Shown here: one piece after another, positions 1 through 11,959 of the stretch
Layout of the letters: the number at the start of each line of letters is the position of its first letter
How positions within the stretch are numbered: the first letter of the stretch is position 1
Source of the DNA: Ruditapes philippinarum
Lineage: Eukaryota
Direction: 5' to 3'
Length of the DNA: 64,000 nt
NCBI RefSeq assembly: GCF_026571515.1
Contig: NW_026857983.1
Span: 124,001-188,000, forward strand
Notes under the pieces: generated by a model
The model's database searches: none
Seen by the model: only the letters and a program-made list of their open reading frames with translations
Told to the model about the DNA's origin: nothing
Position numbers and translations under genes: made by a program

Positions 1-211
1 AAAGAATTGAAAAAAATTTCAAAATTTCAAAAAATTTAATTTACTTTTTGGTTTTTAATTAAAATGGAGCCTTTTTTTAATTCAAAGATTTTTTATGTAG
101 TTTCTTTTTTTTTAAAAATTTTGAAATTTTTCGAAAAAATTTTATAATTTTTGGGAAACCCTTTTTTATTCGTTTTTTGGTTAAAAATTTAAATAAAAAA
201 ATTTTTTATAG

Positions 212-1900
212 AAAAGGTCCCCGGGGCATTTCATGTGCAAGGTGTTTCCCTTCGAACAATCACTAGGTCTCACATGCCTGCACGCAATGTATGTATGTGA
301 TGGTATACAACATTGTGAGAATGGTGAAGATGAATTGCGATCCGAATGCGGAGGAAATGGCGGTCAGCAGGTCATGGAGGTCATGGAGGTAATAAGAATA
401 CTAAGCAGCTGTTATATGTTCACAATGGTCAAAACCATCAAAATATTACGTTGATTATCAGTTCAAATTTGTTTGATGGAGCATTAGATTTTACTAAAAA
501 ACTTTTTTTGAAGTTTATAATTCTTTGTTTCAACCGATTTTGTAGGAAGTGGAATCGTTGTTTACGATTCACATTCAAATAACCAAGGTGAGGAGTTTCC
601 TTTAGACCATAGGGGAGGATACTCAACGATGGCCAAGGTGATAATAAACATCATACTGGTGACGGGCATGAAAAAAAGGTCAAAATGGTGGTTAAATGGT
701 GGCTCAAAGTCTGGCTCGAATCGTCAAATTATTATTCTTCAACAACCACCGGCACCTGCAACCAACTCCAAAAAAACACAGGACAGTTATAGGTCCCCCA
801 CAAGGTAAGAAAGATGTATAGATATTGAATGTAAAAGAGTTTAAGGGCACATTATGCCTCAGAGATATTTTTTCAATCTTTACAATGTGTTAAAACTATT
901 CTAACATGAATAAATTTAAAATGTATGAGCAGTTAAGCAGCTGACACGAGAATAGTGTTTGTTGAACATGCATCATGGGATAGTTTCGTTATTTACGCAA
1001 AAAATAAAAAGAAAATTAGGTTATTTTACTTTTCCCCTTATAATAATTAAATCACTTTTATCATTGCCCAACTGCCAAAACGAGCAAAAAGAAGTACAAA
1101 ACACATAGTTTCATCTAAGATGGTCAAATGAAAAAACTTTGTCCCCGGGAAGAAACAATAAAAAAGGGTTTTGAGAAATAATAATAAGATAAGAATTTTG
1201 GGTTTGCTTAAATATGCCTATAAAAATGATTGTTTTGATAAGCATCAAAACGTATGCTTTTTATTTTGAATTTATATGACTGTAAAATTGTCATTTAAGA
1301 TAGTAAAGAAAAATAAACATGAATCTATAAATAATTTAACAAGAAAGCAGCTATGGAACAAATGACCGACACCCGTATGACTTATATAACACCATCACAG
1401 TTATCCTAAATTCACGACCTTTCAAAACAAGTTTGAGACATTTCAAAGAATATAAATTGACATGTTACCATACCTCTGGATTTATATCATTACGTACTAA
1501 CGACTGGAAAAGATATTGGAAAAATTAATACTATTTTTTGCTTGTCTGAAAATGACGATTAAAAGGACGATTAAAATTCACATTAGTGGAATTAAATGTA
1601 TTCTTTTTCATATACATTGTATAAACAAACGATTTATTTATAATTAAAAATATTTTACAATCAAATGCTTTGAATCTTGTAGCAGTACCGGTACCAGTAT
1701 TACCTAGACCAGGATTTTTACCCCGAGCGCGTCAAATATTACCACCGCCACCACCACTAATTTCTCCCTATGCTGGCCTTGGAGGTTTCGGATACGGAGG
1801 GCTCGGCGGTCTTGGAAGATTCGGAGGTCTTGGAGGACTCGGCGGAATGGGAGGATTGGGTCCTCTCGGGGCTCTAGCACTTCGTGAAGCACTGGATTAA
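212..1900 (+). CDS. LDLa-module protein 1 with Gly/His-rich middle and Pro/Gly/Leu-rich C-terminus (5'-partial; exons ~212-804 and 1683-1900)
   Basis: Reads HFMCKVFPFEQSLGLTCLHAMYVCDGIQHCENGEDELRSEC, matching the LDLa CDGxxHCxxGxDE pattern. The acceptor at 210-211 matches the paralog at 4397. Donor CAAG|GTAAGA at 804/805 joins in phase 1 to acceptor TGTAG|CA at 1682/1683, giving AVPVPVLPRPG...PPPPP...GLGGFGYGGLGGLG...EALD*. Frameshifts inside 212-804 lie partly in homopolymer-rich sequence. Confidence 0.75.
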
Positions 1901-3594
1901 CTGATTAAATAATGTCAAACAGAAGTAGAAATAAATAAAGAGAGGGATCATATTACCAACTACTAAGACATCTGAAATTTTATTACAACACTAAGGAATT
2001 ATTTTTAACGATGGAGTGCATAATTGTTATTACGTTATAACCACGCAAATATTTAAATAATGATTTTTTTTCATCGCTGAAGTCATCTGGAGCAATAAAT
2101 TATCAAATGCTTTAATTAAACTGGGATAACAGATTTCATTCATCTTATTTGCTTAAGCGTTGTTCTCGAAAAAAAAACTACTTCAGAAGGGACGTCAAGA
2201 CATAAACAAGAAAATCAGAGATAAAGTTTTTGATCATGTATTGATAAAATATTTTATTTTCCAAAAGGAAATAATAAATTTGATTTAAATTCAAGTTTAA
2301 AACCCTTGTTATTTTTTATATTGTCGTGTTTTTTTTTTCTTTTTATTCATATTAAATAAAATATAAAATTTTTGGGAAATAATATGTAAAATTTTTAAAT
2401 TTTTCCCTAAAATTTCCCCAAGGTTTTTTACTTATACTTTTTTCCCAAAAAACATTTTTCTAAGCGTTTTATTTTAAAACGGAGAAATCCCTTATTTTTT
2501 AAAATATTGACCTTTGTTGGGAAGTGTTTAAATTTTGGATTTCCGTAAAAGGAATAAAAAATGTATTGCACGACGGGGCTTGGCCTTTATATTTTAGGGG
2601 ATGTTTTTTGCGTTATACAAACATAGTTTTAAAAATGTTTTATTTTTTGCTTGAAATTTTGCGCGCCCAAAAAAAAAAAATTTTAAATTTATTTTAAACT
2701 ATTAGCAGTCTTTCTCTTATGTATGTGATAGATAGCATACTACATTTATATGTTTCATTACTAAAACTATTGAAAAAAAGTATGGTATTTTGCTTCGACA
2801 GAGGCTAGCATTATATATTAATTTAATTTAACTCATTCAATAAATATCTACAGTCTCTTCTGTTAAATATCAAATATCGACGAAAAAATTTAAGATATAA
2901 AAAAATCTTTGACAGTATCATGAACTATTGCTAAAAAACGAAAAGCCGTAACCCCATCAAACAAATGGTGTTAAGAGGTATATCTGACGTCATTCTCAAA
3001 AGCCATATAATCATTAGAGCACATTTATTTTGAAAATTTACTACATAGAACTTGGGGAATACATTTGAAAAGGATAAAGGTACACGTTAGTTTAACACGT
3101 CTGGATCTTTTATTTTTTATTGTTGTACTTAAAAATATTATTTACGAACACAATTGATACGACATATTTTTAACATGCAAGCAGATACTATATAACGTTA
3201 CTGGCAAATTTATATTCCCCTAACCGTAAATAGTTTTAAAACATTCGTTTTTATCATTATTTTGCTGCACAGGCATGTCAAATAATGTAATTAATGTAAT
3301 AAGTTAGCATATAACCAACTTTACACAATATTGTATCTGTTAAAAGTTACGTCGACGTACATGAATGCGCTCAAGGTATCTACCTATGTTGATGGTAAAC
3401 GTTATATTAGTTAATTACTTAACGTAAATCAATAGAAACATCAATCACGCTTTTATTGATCAACGTAAGTGTTATTATTGACACCGCGGACAATATATGT
3501 CTTTGTTAGCGCTTAATTTATAATACATCTTCATAAAATGATTGGTTGATGAGGCGTATCAACACGATCGTCACAATAAAACACACATTTAAGA

Positions 3595-6245
3595 ATGGAA
3601 CACAGGGCATATTTTCAGGTATTATACTTAAAAATATTTTTTAATTTTTTTATTCAAAGCAGTTTTAAAACAAAATATGTAGAACTTTTAAATGTAAAGT
3701 TAGTTTTTTTATTATCGAAAAATTTCATTTACTGTACATGTATATTAAAAATATTAAAATATATAATTAAAAAGTATTTTAATGCCTAGTAAATATTAGT
3801 AAGAAGTTAGGAAAGTGATACATGTAGTACAAGTTCTATTATTCCAAAAGATCATTGTCATAACATATTGTTTCTAAAACCTCGTTTCATTTTGCAACAT
3901 TGTTTCTAAAACCTCGTTTCATTTTGCAACATTGTTTCTAAAACATCATAATTATCATCTTGCAACAATGATACAATTTTTTATCTTTTAAGGAGTGCTT
4001 GCTCACAGCAATATTGATGATGTCACTTATAACGTATGGAAAATCAAGTCATTTATTGAACCAAAGACGAACCAGCGGGCGGTATCTTAATATACAAGAC
4101 CGTGTTATAGGTACGTAAAAGTATTAAGGAAGATCATCCCTCAAAATATTATATAAGGTTTATTTCCAAACCACGTTAATTTGCGAAAATGTCGTTCATT
4201 AGAACATAGCATTGTATAGTTGAACAGTTTTGCTCTGTTTACAAAGTAAATTAACAGTGATTTATTTGCATTTGTAAATACCGGTAAAACGATGACGAAA
4301 GGTTTATACATTTACAGATAAAATAGCGTACAAACGTTAAGCACTTTACTTAATATCAAGCGTATGTATTCGCCCTTTTAGTTTGACTATTTTCAGAAAG
4401 TTGTCGCGGACATTTCATGTGCGAAGTGTTTCCATATTACGACTCGTTTGGACTAAACTGTTTGAATGTTAGCAGAGTATGTGATGGTACCCGGCATTGT
4501 CAAGATGGCTCGGATGAACTTCCTGTGATGTGTTCCGGCTTCAGTAGGAATTCAGAAGGTATTTTCTTGATTATTGTTGGTATTTAAAGTCTTTGTAAAT
4601 CTGCATCCTGTGAACGTTGCCTTTGCCTTGTTGATCTTCATTCTCATTTCTTTTACTGCAAGTATATAGCTTATTGCATTGTTTCCTTATCCTTTGTAGA
4701 TTTTTATAAACACATAGTATGGGTAACGTTTAATCATTTACAATTTTGTCAGCTTAAAGAAATAAAAATGGATCGATAATTTTCTTTACGATTAAATACA
4801 ATGAAATTCTGATCATTTTTGGAAACCCTTCTGAACGGAAGTTACATGTATAGATTTTTCTTTTAGTATGGAACAGAACTTTACCTGGTTCAATCCAGGA
4901 ACTGAGAGGCCCCAATCATCGTGTCCTGAGAATCATTCGGACTGGAGCATCTAATAGCAGCGCATTACAAACATATGGAACCAAAAAGTGGATTTAAAAA
5001 GCTTTCAGTAAAAGGACTGCCCGGAAAACAACCAAACATCTGTTCCGATGCAAAAAATTTTAAAATGAACAATATGGAAAGATCGTAAAAAACGGGGGCC
5101 AAAAAACCAAAAGGGTTTTAAAAGTAACCCCACCCCCCCCTTTAGTTTTTTAAAATATTTCACAGAATTCGCTTGGTTGATGACTCGTGCCCTTCTACCA
5201 AAAACGGTAGTTTTCCAAATCTCAACGAGGGGAAAATATTTCGGAAAACATACCCCGTCACCGGGGTTTTGAGTTTTGGCCCAAATTCCTCTTTTGCCAG
5301 TTTTGGCATGCCCGCTCAAAACCCAGAACAGCCTGGTGGTTTTGCTACGGATTACTACACTATGCAAAGTAGAAGGCGAAACTTGGGAAGAAATTTTAAC
5401 ATGAATGCATTGCAATCAAACGGGATGCTTAGAAGAACTTTCAATGAAATGAATAGCAGAAGACTAGCCAACAGAGCAGAAAGTGAATATTCAAGGTCAG
5501 CTAGGTCTAGACAATCTGCCAACAGACGGATGTTACTTCCAGGCTCGAGTTATTTGGATACACCAGTCAGTACGCCGTCACCAAATATACCAGATGGGTT
5601 TGTGTATAAGCCTGGTAATGAACCACATCTTGCAGCGGAAAAACAATTCCTTGAACAACAGTTTTACCTCACTAATGAGTTATCGGGCCCAGTGAGTCAA
5701 AACAAGCAAACGGTACAGACTGACCGGATAGGGGAAGTTACTGAGCAAGAACGAATTCGTGACCAGATGCAGATGAGCCGAGCAAGACAAGAAAGGTTAC
5801 TAAGGCAACAATTCTTTGGACTTGAAGGTCCGATTGCAAACAATGGTAAAACAATTTAAATTACTTTTCGCTGTGATTATAATTTTTAATCTATATATTA
5901 ATTTAATGAAACCACGAAGTACGTTATCAATACGGTAAAAATGTTCATAATAAAACAAGAATCACACGTTTCCATTACATATAACCGTGAAACTAATAAG
6001 AAAATTATTTCATCTTCTGCTTTTGAATTTTGTACTCATTCAATTTAATAATGATGCATTTGAAAAATATAACGCATTAAACAATATTCTATTATATTCT
6101 CTTAGATCTGAACAGCGAAAGATATGGTGTTAGTGGCCCGTTTGACGGCGGCGTACCCTCTCTCCCCGGTGAAGTAAAAGGGCTGCATAACATGCATGGA
6201 TCAGAGGCGCAAAGTGCAATACACAACGTTGAAGCCTTGCACTAG
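3595..6245 (+). CDS. Secreted LDLa-module protein 2 (exons 3595-3618, 3993-4110, 4397-4558, 4867-5845, 6106-6245)
   Basis: Phase-compatible GT-AG junctions give MEHRAYFQ|ECLLTAILMMSLITYGKSS (signal-peptide-like)...|ESCRGHFMCEVFPYYDSFGLNCLNVSRVCDGTRHCQDGSDELPVMC (6-Cys LDLa)|VWNRTLPG...GPIANN|DLNSERYG...EALH*. Exon 4 has a stop and net frameshift within the homopolymer-skewed stretch ~4980-5300. Confidence 0.8.
3868..3945. repeat. 31-bp intronic tandem repeat, ~2.5 copies
   Basis: ttgtttctaaaacctcgtttcattttgcaac repeated directly. Confidence 0.85.
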
Positions 6246-6599
6246 AAAAACAATATTACACATCGTAGTGTGATAACATATAAAGAAAACATTCAGCCTT
6301 TAAATTGTGTTGGAAAAGCAATTCTGTGTTGTTTCATACTTAGTATTTCAGTAATGTAATCTTGGAAAAGTGCATCATGTACTTAAAATCAGCGTCCGAA
6401 GAGTTATTTATAGGACGCAAATGAAAAAAACGAATCGTTTGCTTTACTTATTAACATATAGAGAGCGGACCGGTAGATTTGAAGATTTAAGGGGTTTCAT
6501 GATTGCAAATGTATTTTTATCGAAGCACTTTTCATTTTTTTCCCCCTTTTTTTTTGTTTGTTCAATTTATGAAAGATTTTTTTTATAATTTTAAAAAAA

Positions 6600-7265
6600 A
6601 GTAACCCTTTAAAAAAAACTTAAGTCGCCCGTTTATTAATCTCCCTAGATACGCACCCGAAAGCTTTTTGTATTTTTTTTTTTGTTTTGTGTCGTCAGGG
6701 GTCTAAATTTCTGTTTTAATTTTCAAATGCCGAAAGTAAGGGCCCGCTTTTTTGAACGGTTACTTCCCCTTTTTATGAAACAAAAGGCCTTTTTAAAAAG
6801 TTTAAAGGGGGAAAAATCAAATTGGGGTAAAAAAATGGGGAAAAATGACAGGGGGGCATTAATTTTTTAAAGCAAAAATAATTCCCCGAAAAAAGGTTTA
6901 AAAATTTCTAAAAATTGAAATTTTTTTCCCTTTTAGAAAATACTTTCTTAAAAATTGTAAGCGCCCTGATTTTTTTACGCAATTTGTTAAAAACCGTTGC
7001 GTCGTTCAAAACCCCTTTTCCCGCGATAGGTCTGGGTTTCAAATCCCAGTTAAGGCAATTCATTTTTTTTTCAAATTATTTAAGTCAAATAAACATTGGA
7101 TTGAATATCAGTGTTGCAATTAATCTTATAACCTATCTTTTACAATCAAAACGCTGGAAAGAATTGGTGGCACTATACAAAAACAAATTGTTTTATAATC
7201 TCACAACCTTCACCTTTCTGACATTCTGAGACCCAAACAAATTCAGCGCCTTCTGTGCTTTGATT
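6600..7265 (+). repeat. Interspersed repeat, homologous to ~37230-38028
   Basis: Near-identical ending (tataatctcacaaccttcacctttctgacattctgagacccaaacaaattcagcgccttctgtg) and shared caaatcccagttaaggc segment in both places. Confidence 0.8.
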
Positions 7266-8304
7266 GATTAGTGAAACCATCAGAATGTTCTTTCTATAGT
7301 TTATATTGTAAACTAAACATAAGCCAATATTATACTATCAATTATATTTCTCAAAAACTTGGTATCTTGTTAAGTTTTTAAAGCAATACTTATTTGTCAT
7401 ATACATTGACTATCTTTTGCAAATACATGTATAGCCCTGTTTACAGTCGATATATTGATAATGCATTTGTATTATTCATGGAAGTTAAAATACTACATTG
7501 TTTACATTTTGCTACCTTCAAGACACATTACTGCAAGTTCAGCATGTTAAACATGTAATATTCTCTTAATCCATAATTCAAACGTAATTTAACATATGCT
7601 TGACATTTAAGAAGAATTAAAAACTATGATTTTTTTAAAAAATAATGTGCCTATGAATATTTGCATAAAAATCTCATAACTCGTTGCAATAAGCACTTTC
7701 TTTCTGAGCTTTGATAATGGCTGGTAGGGGTTTTACACTCTGTGTTATAGGGTCAAACACAATCCTTTTTAATCGCCCCGTTCCGTCTATCTTCGGATAA
7801 GGACCCCAGACAAAATAGTAAGAATTATACTGAGAATTCGATCCCGCCAAACATGTAAACATTACTAAGTTTTATTTCTGTTTAAGAAACCGAAAGTTTA
7901 CCTAATGTAAAGCGTTCACAAGGTTAGCTTTTAAAAAAGCTAGTAGCGACTCGCTTCGTAATTTTTTTCCAGGGGTGCGTTTAAATGTAAAAATGACAGT
8001 TCTGTTAGCTGAAGAGACTTCAGCGAACATCAAAATAAAAGTGACATAAAGTTATGAAAGCCAGTTTCACTCAGTTTAACAAAGAGGAATATGAGTATAT
8101 ATGAAGACGCATGTAAACAGATAGAATGAAGTCCCTATGTCTATGCACATTTACTATATGGCCTTTTGACCATGACCAAATAAATGTTAGATAGGTAGAA
8201 TTCATAAAGATGTCTCTTTATACGAAGTTAAGTTGTAATATGATATTTAGTATTGGAATGAGTGACAGACAGAAGTCCTAAAGTAAACACAAGTTGTCCA
8301 TTAA

Positions 8305-8835
8305 TTCAGCCAGAAAAGCCGGGATCCTATTAAAAATATAAGGATCCCGGGAATTAACCAGTCTTAGATGCTTTTCAGATAAGCCAGGATCCTATTAAAA
8401 CATATAGGGATCCCGGGAATTGACCAGTTCAAGAATATAGTTTTCAGAAAAGCCGGGATCTTATTAAAGTATAAAGAGATCCAAGGAATTGGCCAGTTCA
8501 AGAATATAGTTTTCAGAAAAGCTGGGATCGCATTAAAACAACATAAAGGGATCCCGGGATTTGACCAATTCAAGAATGTAGTCTTTGATTTTTCCAATTA
8601 ATTAGGCATATAATTATAAGTATTTTGATTTTTAAGTTTGTTGATAAATAGCTCTAAATATATTTATATCCAAAGTTTAATTAATTTAACGTTCATTACA
8701 TACAATAAAAAACTTAACGTTTAATGGCCTTTCATTACGACAATAATCAACACAAATATAGTTTATAAGTTTTTCCTCTATATCTTATACGATCCCGGAT
8801 CCCGGCCAGTCCGGGCGTCCCGGATCCCGGCCAGT
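8305..8835. repeat. ~60-bp minisatellite (about 4 units, 8305-8580) plus short gatcccgg/ccggccagt repeats (8791-8835)
   Basis: Recurrent cagaaaagccgggatc...ggatcccgggaattgaccagttcaagaat units. Confidence 0.8.
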
Positions 8836-10885
8836 AAATATATACACTAAATACCGGAAAGGATAAAATGACCGGAAAAAAGGAAAAAGAAAAAATGCAC
8901 AGAAACAGGTGTACACTTATGTTAATTAACCAAACGAAAACTTACTACAGAGGAACAGGTGAAATCGCTAAATCAAAAGTCAGTGTTAATATGATTTATT
9001 GAAAAGAATTCATGAAAACAAACATTTTTAATCATCATAATATCTTTGCGCTCAAAACAATACTTGCTGCTTTTTAAATATGGCGTGAAAATTGAAGGTT
9101 TTTTTGACGCTATGTAAGATTAAATTTGATTGGCTAAATAATTTTGGATCCTAGCCCTGATAGATAAATTTTTATAGAAAGCTGGAAGCCAAGCTTCGAT
9201 TAAATTTTTGGATGTATTCGGAGTTTTAGGTTGTTTCTCAGTAAAATCCTAACGTAATACCGTGGCGAGCCGGCATTATTTAAATACGTAATATTGTTGT
9301 CTGTAGAAACCGAAAGTACAAATTTAATACGTACACTTGTTGATTAGGCTGTTATCCGTATTTAAATTGATTACAATTGTGAGACATACTCCCCCCCCCA
9401 CCCTGGAAGTCAAATCTATAAATTCAAAATTACAACGTCCATTTTTGGTTAAATTTAGAACCACATACGGGGAGTTTAAACTTATAATCATCCTGGTTTC
9501 TTGTTTACATTAGATGAATTAGTTAAAATTAACATGTTAAACATAGTAATAACTGTACGAATAAAAATGGAATCAATCGCAATTCAGATAAACGTTGTTG
9601 TATTTTCAGTTATATAGCGCCCTAAAATTCTGAGTGATTTGAATCTTTCTCTGTCACTGATCTGACATTCATATTTCAACAAAATGCCTAGTGTACTTTC
9701 TAGCAAGATTATTTATGATCTTCAGTAATTATTTACTTGCCGTTTATTGTCATTATAAATTGAGAAATATTTTGATTCCCCTAAAACAATATAAAATTTT
9801 TTGTTCAAATTAAAAAAAAATACAATTTCATTAGTACATTCCTAAACCCCCTCTTTGTGTCCTCCTGTATCTATCCGATGAACTATTTTTGTTTCTGGGC
9901 GAAGCAACGTCATAACGAAATTGCTCAAAAAACCCATATCACTTAACGCAAGAAACTCTGGCGGAACGTAAAAACAATAAAGACAGCATATACTTACATT
10001 CATTTGACCTATCTATACAAAAAAGTAAAATAAATACCTTTTAACAAAATAATAAATTTGTCAAATCCGAAAAATTATTATATTCTCTTATTTAATTAAA
10101 TTCCTTATACAGCAGATAAACAAATGGCCGTCACATTGTGCGCGGAATCTGATTGGCTAATTAAAAGCAAGCGTTTAAATGACTCAATAGTTGCAAACGA
10201 AATAATTTCGAACGAAGTATTTGCCCATGCACCGCCAGCGAGTATGAATATATTTTTTTTGTTCCAAAATTTGGAACCAATCTGTTAAGCGCTTTACTGA
10301 ACCAGTGTGGCCGATTGACAAAAATAGATTGATGTTTGTATTCATTTTAGATTGATAACTACATTAATTGAGAGTTTTTGTTAAAGATTGAGCTTGATAT
10401 TGAAAGAAAATTTGAATAAAGCTTGAAATGCAAGACAATAGACATTTGTTTTATTTTTTTACGATTCTATGCGTTTATGAGCAATAACTATTTGACATCA
10501 GACTTGGCCGACATAAACTATAACAAGCCTGTAACGTCTGATATATTGGACTATATTTGTTCCTGCTTTTTCTTTTATAAACAGTCTTAAAATGCTTAGC
10601 TTTCTTCAGAACTTCAATTACAATTCGCGTTATTATAAATTCATTTTAAAAGTTGCTGGTGGGATGTTCGGAAGTATATAGCCTCGCTCACATAAATATA
10701 ACCACTGGCTACGGCCTCGGGTAATATTTATCTGATACCCCGTCAAAAATGTATTGGGAAACACCTTTATTATCCGCGCAATGATTGTAAATTTATTCTT
10801 TATCAGCGGAAATTAATCATGTGATACATTATATTTACACACTACCAATCCTACATTCATTTAATTATTCGCGCAGTTTATAAAC

Positions 10886-11006
10886 TATGGTGGTAAATTT
10901 GAGCCATATCATCTTTTCGTTCCGCAGGGCGTCACTGTCGTATTTTTGTGTTTTCGCCTTGCCCCCCGCGGAGCAAAATACTTAATGGCACATATCAGCC
11001 AGAATA
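10886..11006. mobile_element. Short degenerate MITE related to the 56362-57156 element
   Basis: Ends tatggtggtaaatttgagccat / atggcacatatcagccagaata resemble the TIR tatggtggctgatttgtgccat; internal gccccccgcggagcaaaa motif. Confidence 0.55.
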
Positions 11007-11959
11007 ACGCGATATTTTTCAAACGCAAGAACACTTTCCATCTTAAAGTTTACTAGTTTCTTTGGAAAAATGTTCATTTCACTTAACACATTTTTGTTTT
11101 GGTTGCCTGGACTTGGTTTTGAACCACAATTCTAACATCCTAAGCGAACACCACAAGCTTCAAATTTAATGATCAAGAAAAGTCAGAAGAAAACCAAATA
11201 ATTCAAGTTCTTAATGTTCATCAGATAGGGTTCGTTAACATTAATTAAAATGTGAAACAACAAAAAAGAATAAACAATACAAATTCTAATCAGGATAAAA
11301 AGTTAATGATATGATCCATTTATCCCATTTGATTCGAATTAATCTTGATAAATAAAATACAATCTTGTAGAATTTATATTAATATACAATGTGCTACCAA
11401 TCCAAAAAGCCGTGTAGAGTAGAATTCATTAACGTTCTTTATACTAGGAAAAATCATTAAAAAGTTTAAAATTGGATCTAAAACGTTCTATTAATACGAG
11501 TATGAATAGATAAATGAATAATATATTCACGATACATTAACAATGTTTATATTCATTTTACTATTGATTACAAGTTTTTGAGCAGCAATATCAGCAACGT
11601 TTTTCATCACTGAATGATGACTCATTTCCTTTTAGTATTACGAGAAAGAAGCCGCTTCAAACATGTATTTGTGTGTTTGTGTAATCTTATTCTTTTTATA
11701 GTACGATAACACACTTTTCTATAGTCAGACAGTTTTACTTTTGATTAAGTTTAGCGATTTGCATACTTTTTCTTTATAAAAAGGAAACAAAACCTGATTC
11801 ATGACAACAAATTGTAGTAACGTCTATCAATAACATATTTGAAAGCACAGAAATGTAAAACTTTGTTGAACAACGTTACTAACCGTCACTTTAAAAGTTA
11901 ACAAAGTTGTTCCGACCAAGCCTACTCATGAAGTATATACTCCTGTATTCTTATTCCAG

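Noticed and set aside
5005-5415. 136-aa minus-strand ORF
   Set aside because: Antisense to LDLa gene 2 exon 4 and lies in the error-prone homopolymer patch.
8305-8580. CRISPR-like array or repeat-protein ORF 8364-8597
   Set aside because: Whole units are degenerate tandem copies without unique spacers, the context is eukaryotic and there are no cas genes; the ORF just reflects the minisatellite.
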